The position numbers and the translations under genes were made by a program. DNA of 64,000 nt, taken from positions 43,276,001 through 43,340,000 of the forward strand of contig NC_043003.1 of NCBI RefSeq assembly GCF_006345805.1, given 5' to 3'. Numbering within the stretch: the stretch's first letter is position 1; each line of letters starts with the position of its first letter. The notes below the pieces were generated by a model. It had not been told where the DNA came from. It was given only the letters and a program-made list of their open reading frames with translations, and searched no databases. This document shows positions 51,284 through 64,000 of this stretch, piece after piece. This DNA is from Octopus sinensis. Lineage: Eukaryota.

Positions 51284-51499
51284 CATTACAGATATAGGAT
51301 GGAAATTTATTAATTTAATAAAATCAACAAATTTCACCTAGTAGTTTTTCGGTATGGAAAAGACCATATTCGTTAAAAACTTATACAAAAAGTTGTTTTT
51401 TTTATATATAATTAGTATTATTCTTTTGGCTGCTATTTCTAAAATTTTCGGTATGTGGTCAAGCAACTTGTTGCTAAACCCTTATTTTTATAATTATAT

Positions 51500-51591
<92 letters not shown>

Positions 51592-53575
51592 TGTATAGAC
51601 ACAACGTAAGTGTCACTTTTCGTTGCGCATAAAATGATATTGGCAAACGTGAACAGAGCCCAGTTGCTCATGCAGGAAGTACAATGTGTTCCCAGTAGGG
51701 GTGATAATGCGTGGCTGAGAGAGTCATAAATGAGGCTGTGGAGGTATCCAGCCCTAGCAACCAAAGAAATAACAGCAACGGCTATTCCAGCAATATCAAC
51801 GACAATGATGACACGCCGGATGTGGCAGCGGTGCTAACGCATTAAGCAAAAGAAACACTAGCAGCGACAGCAAAGATCACAGTCCCAAAACCAGCGTCAC
51901 GACCTGATGAGGACCACTCCAGAAGCAGCAGCAACAACGAAGCTACTACCCCCACGTCTGGTATTAGCAGCGACGGCAGCCATAACACCATCGGTATATG
52001 CAGCAGCAACATATCACGGGGATGACTAATAGAACGGCAATAACTAAAGCGATATCGCCAGACCCATACCCCGTAATAACGGTACTGATAAAAGCTCCAA
52101 CAACAGCGGCGAAAACAACAACTCCAGGTTCGGGTCAAACAGAAGATACACCAGAATCGTGAACACAAGGAGCACGCAATTTCGAAGATATATTATGTTG
52201 GCTGAAACTGCATTTAAGCGGCACCAATACAACCTCAGTTCTTCTTTCAGGATCCCGGAAAGACGTTACGTCACGTCCCTGGCCAGCAACGTGTGGCACC
52301 TATGAGTCTAAGTACTTTATGAATGCGAAATCATTGGTCACTCGATGACTGGACATATATTTAACTGCATGTGAATAGGATATTGTTCTATCCTTTAGAG
52401 TTTGTTTCTTTTTCGGATATATGATCCACTTACGACTATGCATACATACATATTTACTATAAAAAATTCAGCAACGAAATATGAATAATGGAGAAAAATT
52501 GTATAGTCAGTCATTGGCAGACATTGTCTATTAAGGCTTTCCGCTCATTTCCATCTTCATCCAATAGAAGTATTTCATTGAGTTACATACTGCAGTGTAC
52601 ACGGGTCAAACGGTGGTAAGTCGTAATTGGCCGTGTCCTCTCACGCTTTCAAACTTGTACGGTGGCATCTGGCACTGTTGATAACATCATTGGATGGGTG
52701 TTGCAGTTGGTGAGCGATCCATCTTTATCCTTGTGTTCATTTATTTTTCGCCAGCCATCATTGGAAACGTGGTCGTTATAGGATATCTGGTTTATTTTCG
52801 TCAGGTTTCTTGCATGAAAAATGTTCCCCATGACTCATTATGAAAAGTGTTCCGCATAACCATATGTGAAAATCGTAAGACAGATATTTTTATATCTTTA
52901 CCTAAGTTGATGGAGTTATGTCAGATGATCAGGTGTTGAAATTGCACCATTGCTCCGCATACCACTATCCACCTGTCTATGACGTCACTGTTTGAATTAT
53001 GAATGAGATATTTTTTAAAGTCTATCTAAGGTAAGTGAATTTATGAACCATGGACAGATGCTTTCCATTTGCCAGTATGCCTTTTATTTCGTCTGTTTAT
53101 ATTAATGGTGATATACCCTGTCTTTGATTCGTTTATTTCTAGCCCCACAGTCTTTACTTGTCACACGACAGGATCTAACGCGACCCAAGTAGTTATGTGC
53201 TTTTATAATGCTAAGAACAAAGAGAGCAATATTATCTGCAAATTCGAGATATGTAGGTTCAGTTTAAAATTAAAGTTTACACAGTAGACTTTAAAATGTA
53301 GTATCAAAATCATGTTTTAGTTATGTCGCTAGCAATGTGCCTTAAGAGCACGTTTACAACATACGGCTACCAGGCGTCATCCGCAGTTAGATAATTGATA
53401 AGGAAGACAGAAAATGCTGTAAGCTTCATTTAACACGAGAATCGTTTCGGCTTATATCTGCACTGCACCAGGTGGGGTACATTCCGGTCTGTTATATCGT
53501 TCCCCCCCCACTATAATATATATAAATGTATGATGGTACATATATATGTATATATATAAACATATACATACATAC

Positions 53576-53638
<63 letters not shown>

Positions 53639-53649
53639 TACATATATAC

Positions 53650-53681
<32 letters not shown>

Positions 53682-54589
53682 CATACATACATACACACAC
53701 ATATATACATATATTATATATATTTACTATATATTATCCTAACAATATATCCCCTATGTATGTATCTGTCTGTATGTCTGTCCGTCGGCCTCTATGCATG
53801 TGTTATGTACGTATATTTGGAATAGTGCATGTGTTTGTTCCATTGCTGTTACTGGTTTCTGTACCCCGAAAATCGGCAACATAGAGCGACAGATTAAGTA
53901 TTAGACTCAAAGAAATAATACTAACTCTATGCAAGGTAGAAATTTTACGACAAATGTAATAAAGCTCTTTCCAACATTTTATTATCACGAATGTGTTTCT
54001 AAGCCATAGATAAAAAAATGGCCAAATATATCACGAATTTATCTTTCAGTAATGAAATTTCAATTAATATCCTCGGTATTGTAAACAGGAATTTCTTTTC
54101 TCTTTTTAATTCAATAAAGTTCACGCTAAATTTATAAAACTCAAACTATTAAATATCGACTTAAAGTTTTAAAAACTAACCGCTAGTTGGAGAATTGTTG
54201 AAAATTAGCATATGCTACATAAATTTTAATAGAAATAATAACTCTTAGATGAAAAGAGAAACAGAAACCTCATTGTAAAGTGATTATAATTTCTTCTAGT
54301 ACAGGCACAAAGACATATTGTTTGAGGGGGATTATCGATCGCATCAACACCAGTGATTTTGAGATATTATTCAATTGATCCTGATATGATGAAAGGCACG
54401 TATGACCGCGGCCAGATTTAATCTCAGATTATCAAGGGTCGAATAACAACCACAAGGCTGTTTGCATAAGCCGACATTTTGTGAAAAGAAGATCGACTAC
54501 ACTAAAGAAGGATGCAAGCAATGGAAATGAAAAGAAATCGATATATGTACAGAAGAAAATTTACTAAAAGTGAGAACATATAGGAGCTT

Positions 54590-54900
54590 CTCATGGAGAG
54601 TATAAAACAACTCCTATCACGCTGATGGTTAAGGCAAGTGTTGCTACCAGTCGTTTTCGTCCAATGTATAGAGATGTGCATAGGGCAGGCCTGTGTACAC
54701 TCGGATCGTGCTCCCCATTCGCATCCACTCGCGAATTAATTTTCATGGAAGAATTATTTACCTCTTTAATTACAGTTTCCTTTACAACTAAGATTTGAAA
54801 TAGTTGACGAGGACTTAGCCTAACGGGAAGTAGTATGTCTTCAAGTCTTTCACTCTTGTCCATCACATAACCTCTATCACCAAAGTCATCAGATAAGAGG
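54590..54900 (-). mobile_element. Possible decayed RTE RT remnant
   Basis: MKINSRVDANGEHD...GRKRLVATLALTI weakly resembles M.A.V..NGE..GVKQGCVLAPTLF. Confidence 0.3.
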
Positions 54901-55291
54901 AAGACCGCTTTGCCTGGGCTAAAGAAGGCAGCAGAATGATAAATGCACTATACTCAGTCCATAGAAGTTGTTAGAAGATCTCAGGCATTGGTACACTGGG
55001 TGCAGAACAATTTCGTTGCGCTAAGCGCAACTTGAACAGGCAACAATGACTTGAATTTATCATAAACTGTAGGTACCCTTCTATAGGACTTCTAAGCCAA
55101 GTGTTTTTATGGATAATGCACGGGATCCAGCTTAGAGTTGAAAAGTCTCCATGACTGAAACCGGCACTAAAATGTTTTTAATGATAAAAGTATTTTAGTT
55201 TTTCCTATCTTCAAATTTTCCATATATATATATATATTATATATATATATATATGTATGTATATGCATGTGTGTGTATGTATATATATATG

Positions 55292-55334
<43 letters not shown>

Positions 55335-55995
55335 TATACACATACATACATACATACATACATATGTATATATACACATACATACATACATATGTATATA
55401 TACACATACATACATAAATGCGTTCATAAACGCACCCTCACTTACACAAACACACTGGCATGTAAGCACATTTTCGTTTGCGTACATTTGTCTTCCACCT
55501 CGACATTGGTCCTTCATAATTGTCAGAATGCGTTTTTTCTTTCTCCATGTTTTAATGGACGTAATCTTGCTGCTAAGTTTCATAGTAAAATATGGATTTC
55601 TAAAAGAGTTATGAGCACATTTCTTAGTGTGAGCAATGATACGAAACTTCTGCAAAAGGAAAAAACCAAATAAAAAATCCTGTAGTTAAATTGCACGGAA
55701 TATTCTCGACAGCATTATTCTACAAAATACCATTCATAAATATACATTTCTCAGAAAGAGATAAAGGAACAATTGGAGGGACTCCAAAGTGTATAGATAC
55801 CAAAATTTCATCGTATTTAAGCATTATTCTAATACTTTTCTGTTAAAAAAAGAAAATTGTACATTTTTTGGGAATAACTGTCTTTTCTCAAAGTTTGATT
55901 AGATGTAACACTTTCTGATTTTAATATTCATTGACGATGCGAGTGTGTGTCTACCAACAAAAGCACCGCCGCCACCATACCACTAGAACTGTTAA

Positions 55996-55997
<2 letters not shown>

Positions 55998-56064
<67 letters not shown>

Positions 56065-56118
56065 GTAATAATAATAATAGTATTTGTAATAATGATAATA
56101 ATAATAATAATAATAGTA

Positions 56119-56187
<69 letters not shown>

Positions 56188-56234
56188 TAATAATAATAAT
56201 AATAATATTAGTAATAATAATAATAATAATAATA

Positions 56235-56270
<36 letters not shown>

Positions 56271-56350
56271 GAAGAAGAAGAGAAGAAGAAGAAGAAGAAG
56301 AAGAAGAAGAAGAAGAAGAAGAAGAAGAAAAAGAAGAAAAAGAAGATTAA
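55998..56350. repeat. Long (AAT)n then (AAG)n microsatellite
   Basis: Seen directly. Confidence 0.97.
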
Positions 56351-57424
56351 TAACAGCCGCCATATTTCCACTCACATTTCAATATGCATATATTGTAGGA
56401 CTTTCATGTCTTGAATCTGTAAGGTGTTTGTTTTTTTCATTTTCATATCAAATAATTATTTATATGTACTTTACAGTTTGTATTTTCTCTGTTTCAAATA
56501 TTTTCATATTTTGAAACTTTGAATCATAAATTTTACACATCTAAATTGAATATTATTGTAAAACGCGAACAAAAATATAATGATAACCATTATTTTCATA
56601 GTAATATTGACATTAATAATGCTTTTAGACTGAAATAAAACTATTATGACATATTTATAATATATTCTCATGTATCACAGTTGTGTATATCTTTCATTTA
56701 AAGCATTGAAGTTCCAACAGAATATGTGTGTTATTTCTGTTACAGTTGGTGATTGTGGTTATGGAATATACATACATACACCACACTCGCTCACGTGTGT
56801 GAGTGTGTATGTGTGTTATATTTTATTGTATTCTGAATTGTCTTTTGCATGTTATTTTTTGTCGCTGCTATAACGAATTCTAAATTAGATATAGAACTCT
56901 CAGTGAAAAAGATGTCGCTTAGGCAAATTGTAATATGCACTAGGTGCAACATGTCAGGCCATTTCTAATCATAAATGCGTAAGCTTATGTTTCTATAAAG
57001 AAAATATTGATTGTGACTTCGAATTTCCTACTTGCTAACATGCACCAAAATGCCATTTAGTAAGTCTCTTCAATTTTTATCATTTTCATAGGGTAATGTC
57101 CCATTCGTTGGTATACTAAATTTGTAGGTAAAGCAACTGATTATGTTATAAAGGATGAAACGTGGGAAAAGGATAGGTAGAACAAATACTCTTGTAGGGT
57201 GTCGGCTGAGAAGAAGTGATGTGGTACTAGTATTTCTTGTTTGATGGAGGAATTTGTTAATGCTGGAATAAACTCAAACATATTTATAAATAAAATTTAT
57301 AGATGTCCATATGCATCATATTAGAGATACAGTTTGCGTTTAATGTATACGTACATGCACATGAATATATGTACGTACGTTGTATTCATTTCTGTATATA
57401 CGCTATACACTATGTCTAATATAA

Positions 57425-57539
57425 ATAGCTTGCTTACCAACGGCATGGTTGCGGATTCATTATCACTGCGTGGCACCTTGGGCAAGTTTCTTCTACTATA
57501 GCCTAGGGCCGACCAAAGCCTTGTGAAGCCCGTCGTATA

Positions 57540-57593
<54 letters not shown>

Positions 57594-57605
57594 ATATATA
57601 TATAG

Positions 57606-57636
<31 letters not shown>

Positions 57637-57870
57637 CATGTGTGTATGTGCGTGCGTGTGTATGTCTGTGTGTCTGTGTTTGTCCCCCCAACATCGCATG
57701 GCAACCGATGGTGGTGTGTTTAAGTTCTCGTAAATTGGCGGTTCGGCAAATGAGACTAATAGAATAAACACTAGGCCTCCAAAGTATAAGTCATGGGGTC
57801 GATTTGCTCAACTAGAAGCGATGCTCCTGCATGGCCGCAGTCAAATGACTGAAACAAGTAAAAGAGTATA
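57425..57870 (+). mobile_element. SINE family B with internal deletion and (TA)n expansion
   Basis: tagcttgcttaccaacggcatgg...tgcgtggcaccttgggcaag...catggccgcagtcaaatgactgaaacaagtaaaagag. Confidence 0.88.
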
Positions 57871-57959
57871 TGAATAAATATTCATATATATATGTGTGTG
57901 TGTGTGTGTGTGTATGTGTGTGTGTGTGATTGTGCGTGTGTTTGTGTATATGTGTGTTT

Positions 57960-58320
57960 GTACATCAATTGTTAGAAATGTAGAGATTTGATCAAAATTA
58001 AATCTAGTTGCTCCACATTGATATTCACGCAACTTCTCCAGTCGTCATCCTTCATGGCCATTCGTAGACATGGCCATTCGTAGACATGTAGAAATGATAT
58101 CTCCTTGCATGGGACCTTTCTCAACTGGCACGCTTAGTATAGATAATAGTAGAGCTATAGTATGCATATAGTGTTAGCATCTCTGAGCACTTGATATATA
58201 GCTCCTTGACACCGGGCATTTCCGGTGATTTCAACATTGCATTCACCTCAACGCAATGGAAAGCGTTTTTGTATCAACAAAAGCGGAAGACAGAGGAAGC
58301 TTATGTTCATTCACTCACTG
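57960..58320 (-). mobile_element. Degenerate RTE-like RT fragment
   Basis: LSVPVEKGPMQGDIISTCLRMAM resembles IPVEKGVRQGDTISP..ACLEM. Contains a 16-bp tandem duplication, atggccattcgtagac x2. Confidence 0.55.
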
Positions 58321-58585
58321 AATGAGCTATGCTATTGTGAATAAGTGGTCTGTCGTACTATATTTCCTTCTGAAATCTGTTTACACTCTTGGTTGTTGGT
58401 TGTCGAGGTGTTTTTGTAGTCTGGTGACCATGACCTAAGTAAGCAGCTTATAGAGACGAGATAAGAGGAGTACGTCATTTTAGCCTTCTTCAGAATGACT
58501 GAAGCATAGATTGAGGATTTTCTACAGCTCTTCAGCCTCCCCTCTTAACATCTCTATTGTGTGCCATCTTCCCCAATATATATAC

Positions 58586-58616
<31 letters not shown>

Positions 58617-58979
58617 CATATATATACATATATATATATGTATATATATATATACATATATACAACTGTGATGTTGATAAAACATGTTCTTTGTCTATCT
58701 ACTTATCCTCTTTGTGATTTTGGATAAAAATAAAACTATTCAAATGCATCCTCCAAATTTAACTAAATTCTATATTTTTATGCGTCTGAAGATTGCTCTA
58801 CATTTTAAATTGATGTAATGTTTGCATAGTTTAATTAAATGGAGTCGCATGAAACGATCGTACTGCATTACCTCTGGATATCCTTGTTGCTTATTTTGAA
58901 TATAATCACCCCATTTTGAATTAAATGGATAATACCATACTAAATTCTGGTGCCTTTAACTTAAGTACCATGTTCATCT

Positions 58980-58981
58980 GA

Positions 58982-59074
<93 letters not shown>

Positions 59075-59110
59075 CCTATGTATGTTTATATATATATATA
59101 TATATATATA
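58980..59110. repeat. (CTAT)n/(TA)n microsatellite
   Basis: Seen directly. Confidence 0.95.
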
Positions 59111-59111
59111 T

Positions 59112-59595
59112 AAAGTAAAGGTTATTTGACAGCATAACGTTGCCGTCCTGTAAGGGACGATGTTACTGATATTTTAGCTTCAAGAAATATTGTTTCTGGC
59201 TGGCTATACAACACGACATCTCTATCCTTATATTTTCAGGACTGCCACGTTATTTTGGCCAATAGTCTTTACTTTAAAGAACGGTTACTGAATTGTCTCT
59301 CTTTGAATGATTTAGAAATCATAATATTTCTATTTTTAAATGCCGTGAATGTGTGTCACTTTGGAAATTATATATTCGAAAGGTGAAACCGGCAACGTCA
59401 TCTAGCTAAGCAGTGACCCAGAAACTAGTCCACAGATATAGTTTTGTGCTAAGTGGGAGTGCTGAATTCCATGTTTGATAATATAAGGACACAAATATTG
59501 GGTCATGTAGCCAGCTAGTTACGATCTTTCTTGGGGCTAAAACAACAGTAACATCGTCCCTTACAGGACAGCTATATTATGTTGGCAAATAGCCG
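59112..59595. mobile_element. MITE-like fold-back element with ~130-bp diverged arms
   Basis: gtcctgtaagggacgatgttactg (left) is the exact reverse complement of cagtaacatcgtcccttacaggac (right). Flanking homology continues on both sides. Confidence 0.75.
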
Positions 59596-59720
59596 TTACT
59601 TCTAAGAGCTGTAAATGAGTGTCTCTCTTTGAGAGATTTAGAAATAATATATATATATATGTGTGTGTTTGTGTGTGTGGTGTGTGTGTGTGTGTGCGTG
59701 TGTGTATACCTGCTTATGTG

Positions 59721-59790
<70 letters not shown>

Positions 59791-60522
59791 TTGTATACTG
59801 TCAACATAACGTGACAGTCCCGTATGGGAATTACACACCGATGTTTAGCCCTAGGAAGCATCGACGCTTTCTGTCGGCTTTCACACATTTCCTGTGTCCT
59901 TATATTTGTGACGGGAAGGCAAGCACCCCACCAGGCAAGATTCACACCTGAGGACATGCATGTTTCTGGGTCTTAACCCATCATCAGCCAGGATAGTGAG
60001 ATCTGCTGACTGAGGTGCCTGACTAGCCTTCACAAATATATATATTTACAGTGAAATATATTCACTGGTCATCGTAATTAGAAATATTAAATTTTTAAAT
60101 GTCTTAGAGATTACTGACAAATTTATTTGTTTGTAGAACTTGTGCGTGTCATATTACAGTACTCTACAGTACTCTATAGTGAGCGTGAAAATTACATTAT
60201 GCAAGTTTGATTTAAATATGATGGAATGATATAACTTATTGATATCCAATTTTTTATGTGATCGATATTTTGTAGGGATATCTGATATAATCTGATCGTG
60301 AGTATGTGAGCAAACGTTATTATGGCGTGATTGTGTAGATCATATTTACTGTTGGTTGCGTTACACTATGAAAAGGTCTTATTGCATAGAATGTGTACCG
60401 TGTGTATCCTCTCATCGGTTTCTGTACACAGCAATAATACAGAATGCTAAATGCTACATTTGTTTCTTGGTTCCACTCATTGTTTAAGTAATCGGCTGAA
60501 AGAAACCCCTCTCTTATTCTCC

Positions 60523-60573
<51 letters not shown>

Positions 60574-60594
60574 CACACACAAATATATATATTA

Positions 60595-61117
60595 CATGTA
60601 AAAACGTGAGCATAAAAAGTAATATTCTTAAGATTATAAAACTGGAAAAAACAGGACAAGTTATTACACCCGGAAAAGTATAGGACAAGCTATTACTTCT
60701 AGTAAAGTAAAGAATAAGAAACTTTTTACTTAAAATATTGCAGCAAAGAATACCAGTTATTCTAATTCATTACTCTTTACAGTTCTTATCTTTTAAATAT
60801 ATTGTACAAAACTGTTGAGGTAATTTGTAAGTTTAGTCACTTTTGTAAGCTAGTCACATTTTTTCTGTATTTAAGTTAGTAAATTAGCCAAATTCTACTT
60901 AAATAAGAATAGTGCTATTTGTAAACTATAATAAAATATTTTTTTTAATATTCAAATTTTAATTTTAGCTGCAATATTTTAAGTAAAAAGTTTCTTATTC
61001 TTTACTTTACTAGAAGTAATAGCTTGTCCTATTCTATTATAGGTGTAATAATTTGTCCTGTACTTTTCCAGGTTCATAATCTTAATAATATTACATTTCA
61101 TGCTCGCATTTTCCATG
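60595..61117. repeat. Inverted repeat with ~150-bp arms; the inner 64 bp are perfect
   Basis: 60681-60744 is the exact reverse complement of 60968-61031. The outer ~85 bp match only about 75%. Confidence 0.9.
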
Positions 61118-62039
61118 AAATCCATGATTTTTCCAGGCGTTGCTGTTATGAGAGATTTAATAATGTTTCAATTAATAATTTAAGATTTTACCTTATAAAA
61201 TACTGAAAGATATTATTTCAATTTTTCCATGTAAGTGATGATAATATTTCAAATTTTTCATGTTTAATTTAAATATATGTGGTGTTTGAATTATTTGATA
61301 TTACCCAGCCACACCAAATTAATGGCAGGGATTTTTACCATGTCGTTGGTTGCACCATGACTCACCAAACGTTACAAAAAACAAGACCCGAAAACCATCA
61401 GTTAGTAGGCTCACCTTAAGTAACGTAATTTTGCAATACTAGGTAGCCACAAGAATTCATTCAACACAAAGAAAAAAAATTCAATGATTCCGGTAATGGT
61501 AGGGGGCGGAATACCACGTTATTTTCTCTGAACCAAAACAAGGGATCTGCAGCATATTAGGAGGTCAGGGTACTTGATTCAACGCAAAAAATCATTTTTT
61601 CTTTCTTAATGAAAACCGTACGAGTGTTATAGAAATTTACCATAATGTGTTATTTAGCCTAAAATCAACCCTGATACTGCAAATCGATTATCAAACACAT
61701 TCCAGCCTTCAGCATACCATCTTTTAGGGATAATCTTGGACATTACGTACAATGGGCATGTGATTTAGGTAGGGGGATACTTTGGCTGCTATTTTTAGCA
61801 TGTCGAGCGACCTGGTAGAATCTCTTTCATCGGTTCGATTGTGTGATGAAAAGTTTTACATATATATGTAATATTTATAAATGTCATCGTCAGAAATCAG
61901 GGAGTAAGTCAAAAACTGACAGTTTCGTGTATTGGCACTTTTCAAACATGAATTTGTATATTGTCAGTCTCTAAATTCTGACGAAATAACTTCTAAAGTA
62001 CAAAATGTTGTCCTATGTAAACCCTGTTGTATGTGACAC

Positions 62040-62485
62040 TGTCTACCAGTACCGGAAATTTGAAAGTGTTGAGTTAAAAAAATTAAATGGATGAAAGTCA
62101 AAATCGACCGCGGCAGAACTCAGAACGTAAGAGTAAACCCTGTTCTATGTGACACATTCTATAAGTATCGGAAGTTTGGAAGGGTTTCGTAAAAAAAACA
62201 ACTTAAATAACCTGTACGTCAAAGTCGACATTGGCGACTCAAAATATAAAGACAGATGAAATACCTATTTCTTTACTACCCAACAAGGGGCTAAACACAG
62301 AGAGGGCACACAAGGACAGACAAACGGATTAAGTCGATTATATCGACCCCAGTGCGTAACTGGCACTTAATTTATCGACCCCGGAAGTCGACCTCGGCGG
62401 AATTTGAACTCAGAACGTATCGGCAGACGAAATACGGCTACGCACTTCGCCCGGCGTGCTAACGATTCTGCCATCTCGCCGCCTT
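62040..62485 (-). mobile_element. SINE family A monomer followed by degenerate partial monomer(s)
   Basis: Minus-strand head ggcggcgagatggcagaatcgttagcacgccgggcg; tail ..gggtagtaaagaaataggtatttcatctgtc leads into a second, decayed monomer. Confidence 0.85.
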
Positions 62486-62955
62486 AGAAGGTAAACATTC
62501 AATTTAGAAAGATTTTCGATATTCTTATTGCCTAAGCGTTATTCCCTTACATCCTTACTTACAGATATAAATTTTCGTAACATTTTACCTCATGACTTTT
62601 TTTGTCCTAATTTTTGTTCCATGCGACTAGCGATTCTGAGATCCTCGTGCATTTTTCTATCATTTAAGCCTAAGAAAAGTATACTTTTAATTTAGAATTT
62701 TAAAATTTCATGTTAATTAAAGATGAATGTCTGCCTTCCTGCCTCCCTAGAGGTCACAGATATTTTGATGTAACCTTCTCTCTACTAAACCAAATCTCAA
62801 ACGATTCATGCCAAAGTGTAGCTGAGGAGGTGTCCCCGTTAAAACTATTAACAGGTTGCGATTTAGTTGAGAACTGAATTAGTGGTGAAGCTTGGAATCG
62901 GCTGCGATTGACGAAATGGTGGACTTCACAATATATTCAACCACTGACGTGGTTG

Positions 62956-63056
<101 letters not shown>

Positions 63057-63953
63057 ATTTATACATATATATAGAGAGAGTAAGAGAAGGGATATAATAT
63101 CCTGGCAGATACCGAATTTCTCTTAGGAAAATGCAATATATATAGCGGTTTGTCAAAAACCGATAGAATAGGTGTCAGGCTTAAAAATAGGTGTCAAGCT
63201 TATGCTTATCAATATTGTAGACATGGCTGCTACAATAAAAGTTTAGAATAGATTTGTGAAAGCTAATTATAATATACATGTAAAAAACGCAATAGTGAAG
63301 CCCTGGAGTTGTTTGTAGGGTATAAGAAAATGTAGATAACAGCCAAAGATTTTCTGTTTCAATTAAGTTGGTACAAAAAGTAAATGAATGGCACCTCGAA
63401 GAGATATGAAAATAAAATCACTGATAAATTAAGAGAAAATTTAAATTTAAAATAGATAAGTATTAAAATCCCATTAGCCATTAGCTATTAGTGGAAATGT
63501 CTGTTGTAAGATAATGTTCGAATTTTGTGCAAAATATATGTCAAAGACACAAGGCGACAACACGTTACTATTATATCAACTCTTTATAAGCGAAAATTTC
63601 AAACGCAAAATCAAAGAAAATGAAAAGATTGGAAAATATCAAGATAAGGCCAGACAAACGAGAAAATATTCTGACATATGAAGGAAAAATATTTTCTGTA
63701 GCTACATGAGAAATGGGAATAACATGAGATAATGTGTAAATGTTACAACTGAATAGCTAAATAGGAAAATCATTCGCAAATTTTTGACAGTCCAGAGTTT
63801 TTAGAAATAATCAAAATGTAACTATTCAAAATCAGCAGTAACAACAAAAATATCAATAATAATATATGTAAATATATATCTATATTCATACTGTAACACA
63901 CGCATGCGCACATTCACTCACACACACACATTCCAACACACACACACATATAC

Positions 63954-63991
<38 letters not shown>

Positions 63992-64000
63992 AATATATAT

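Noticed and set aside
51600-52300. GC-richer block with ORFs 51842-52168 and 52044-52232
   Set aside because: Decayed (GCA/ACA)-rich low-complexity sequence with stops in all frames. Possibly an old LINE ORF1 tail, but not supportable.
55167-55655. 162-aa ORF with a strong acceptor near 55633
   Set aside because: The second half is microsatellite, there are no recognisable motifs, and no convincing donor.

Overview
AT-rich, microsatellite-saturated eukaryotic DNA. The SINE families look like octopus repeats, so the organism call is an inference from recognising them. No intact host gene, rRNA, true tRNA or CRISPR array is supported, and almost all listed ORFs are translations of TA/CA/GATA/TAA microsatellites or transposon remnants. 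The window contains: (i) many tRNA-derived SINEs of at least three families; (ii) non-LTR retrotransposon fragments: Tx1/L1-like with a zf-RVT C-terminus, CR1-group RT, RTE, at least seven R4/Dong-like fragments (most with the restriction-like endonuclease, RLE) often embedded in (TAA)n, and a Penelope GIY-YIG remnant; (iii) Tc1/mariner and DD37D (maT) remnants; (iv) several long fold-back (inverted-repeat) elements. The most interesting leads are a tRNA-headed SINE-like element followed by a hammerhead-ribozyme core, microsatellite-associated LINEs (TAA for R4/Dong, GATA for Tx1), a giant zero-loop palindrome centred on TGACGTCA, and two minus-strand candidate exons 9 kb apart whose splice junction would create a perfect 10-bp hairpin. 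Exon calls are low confidence. Boundaries and percent identities were estimated by eye.
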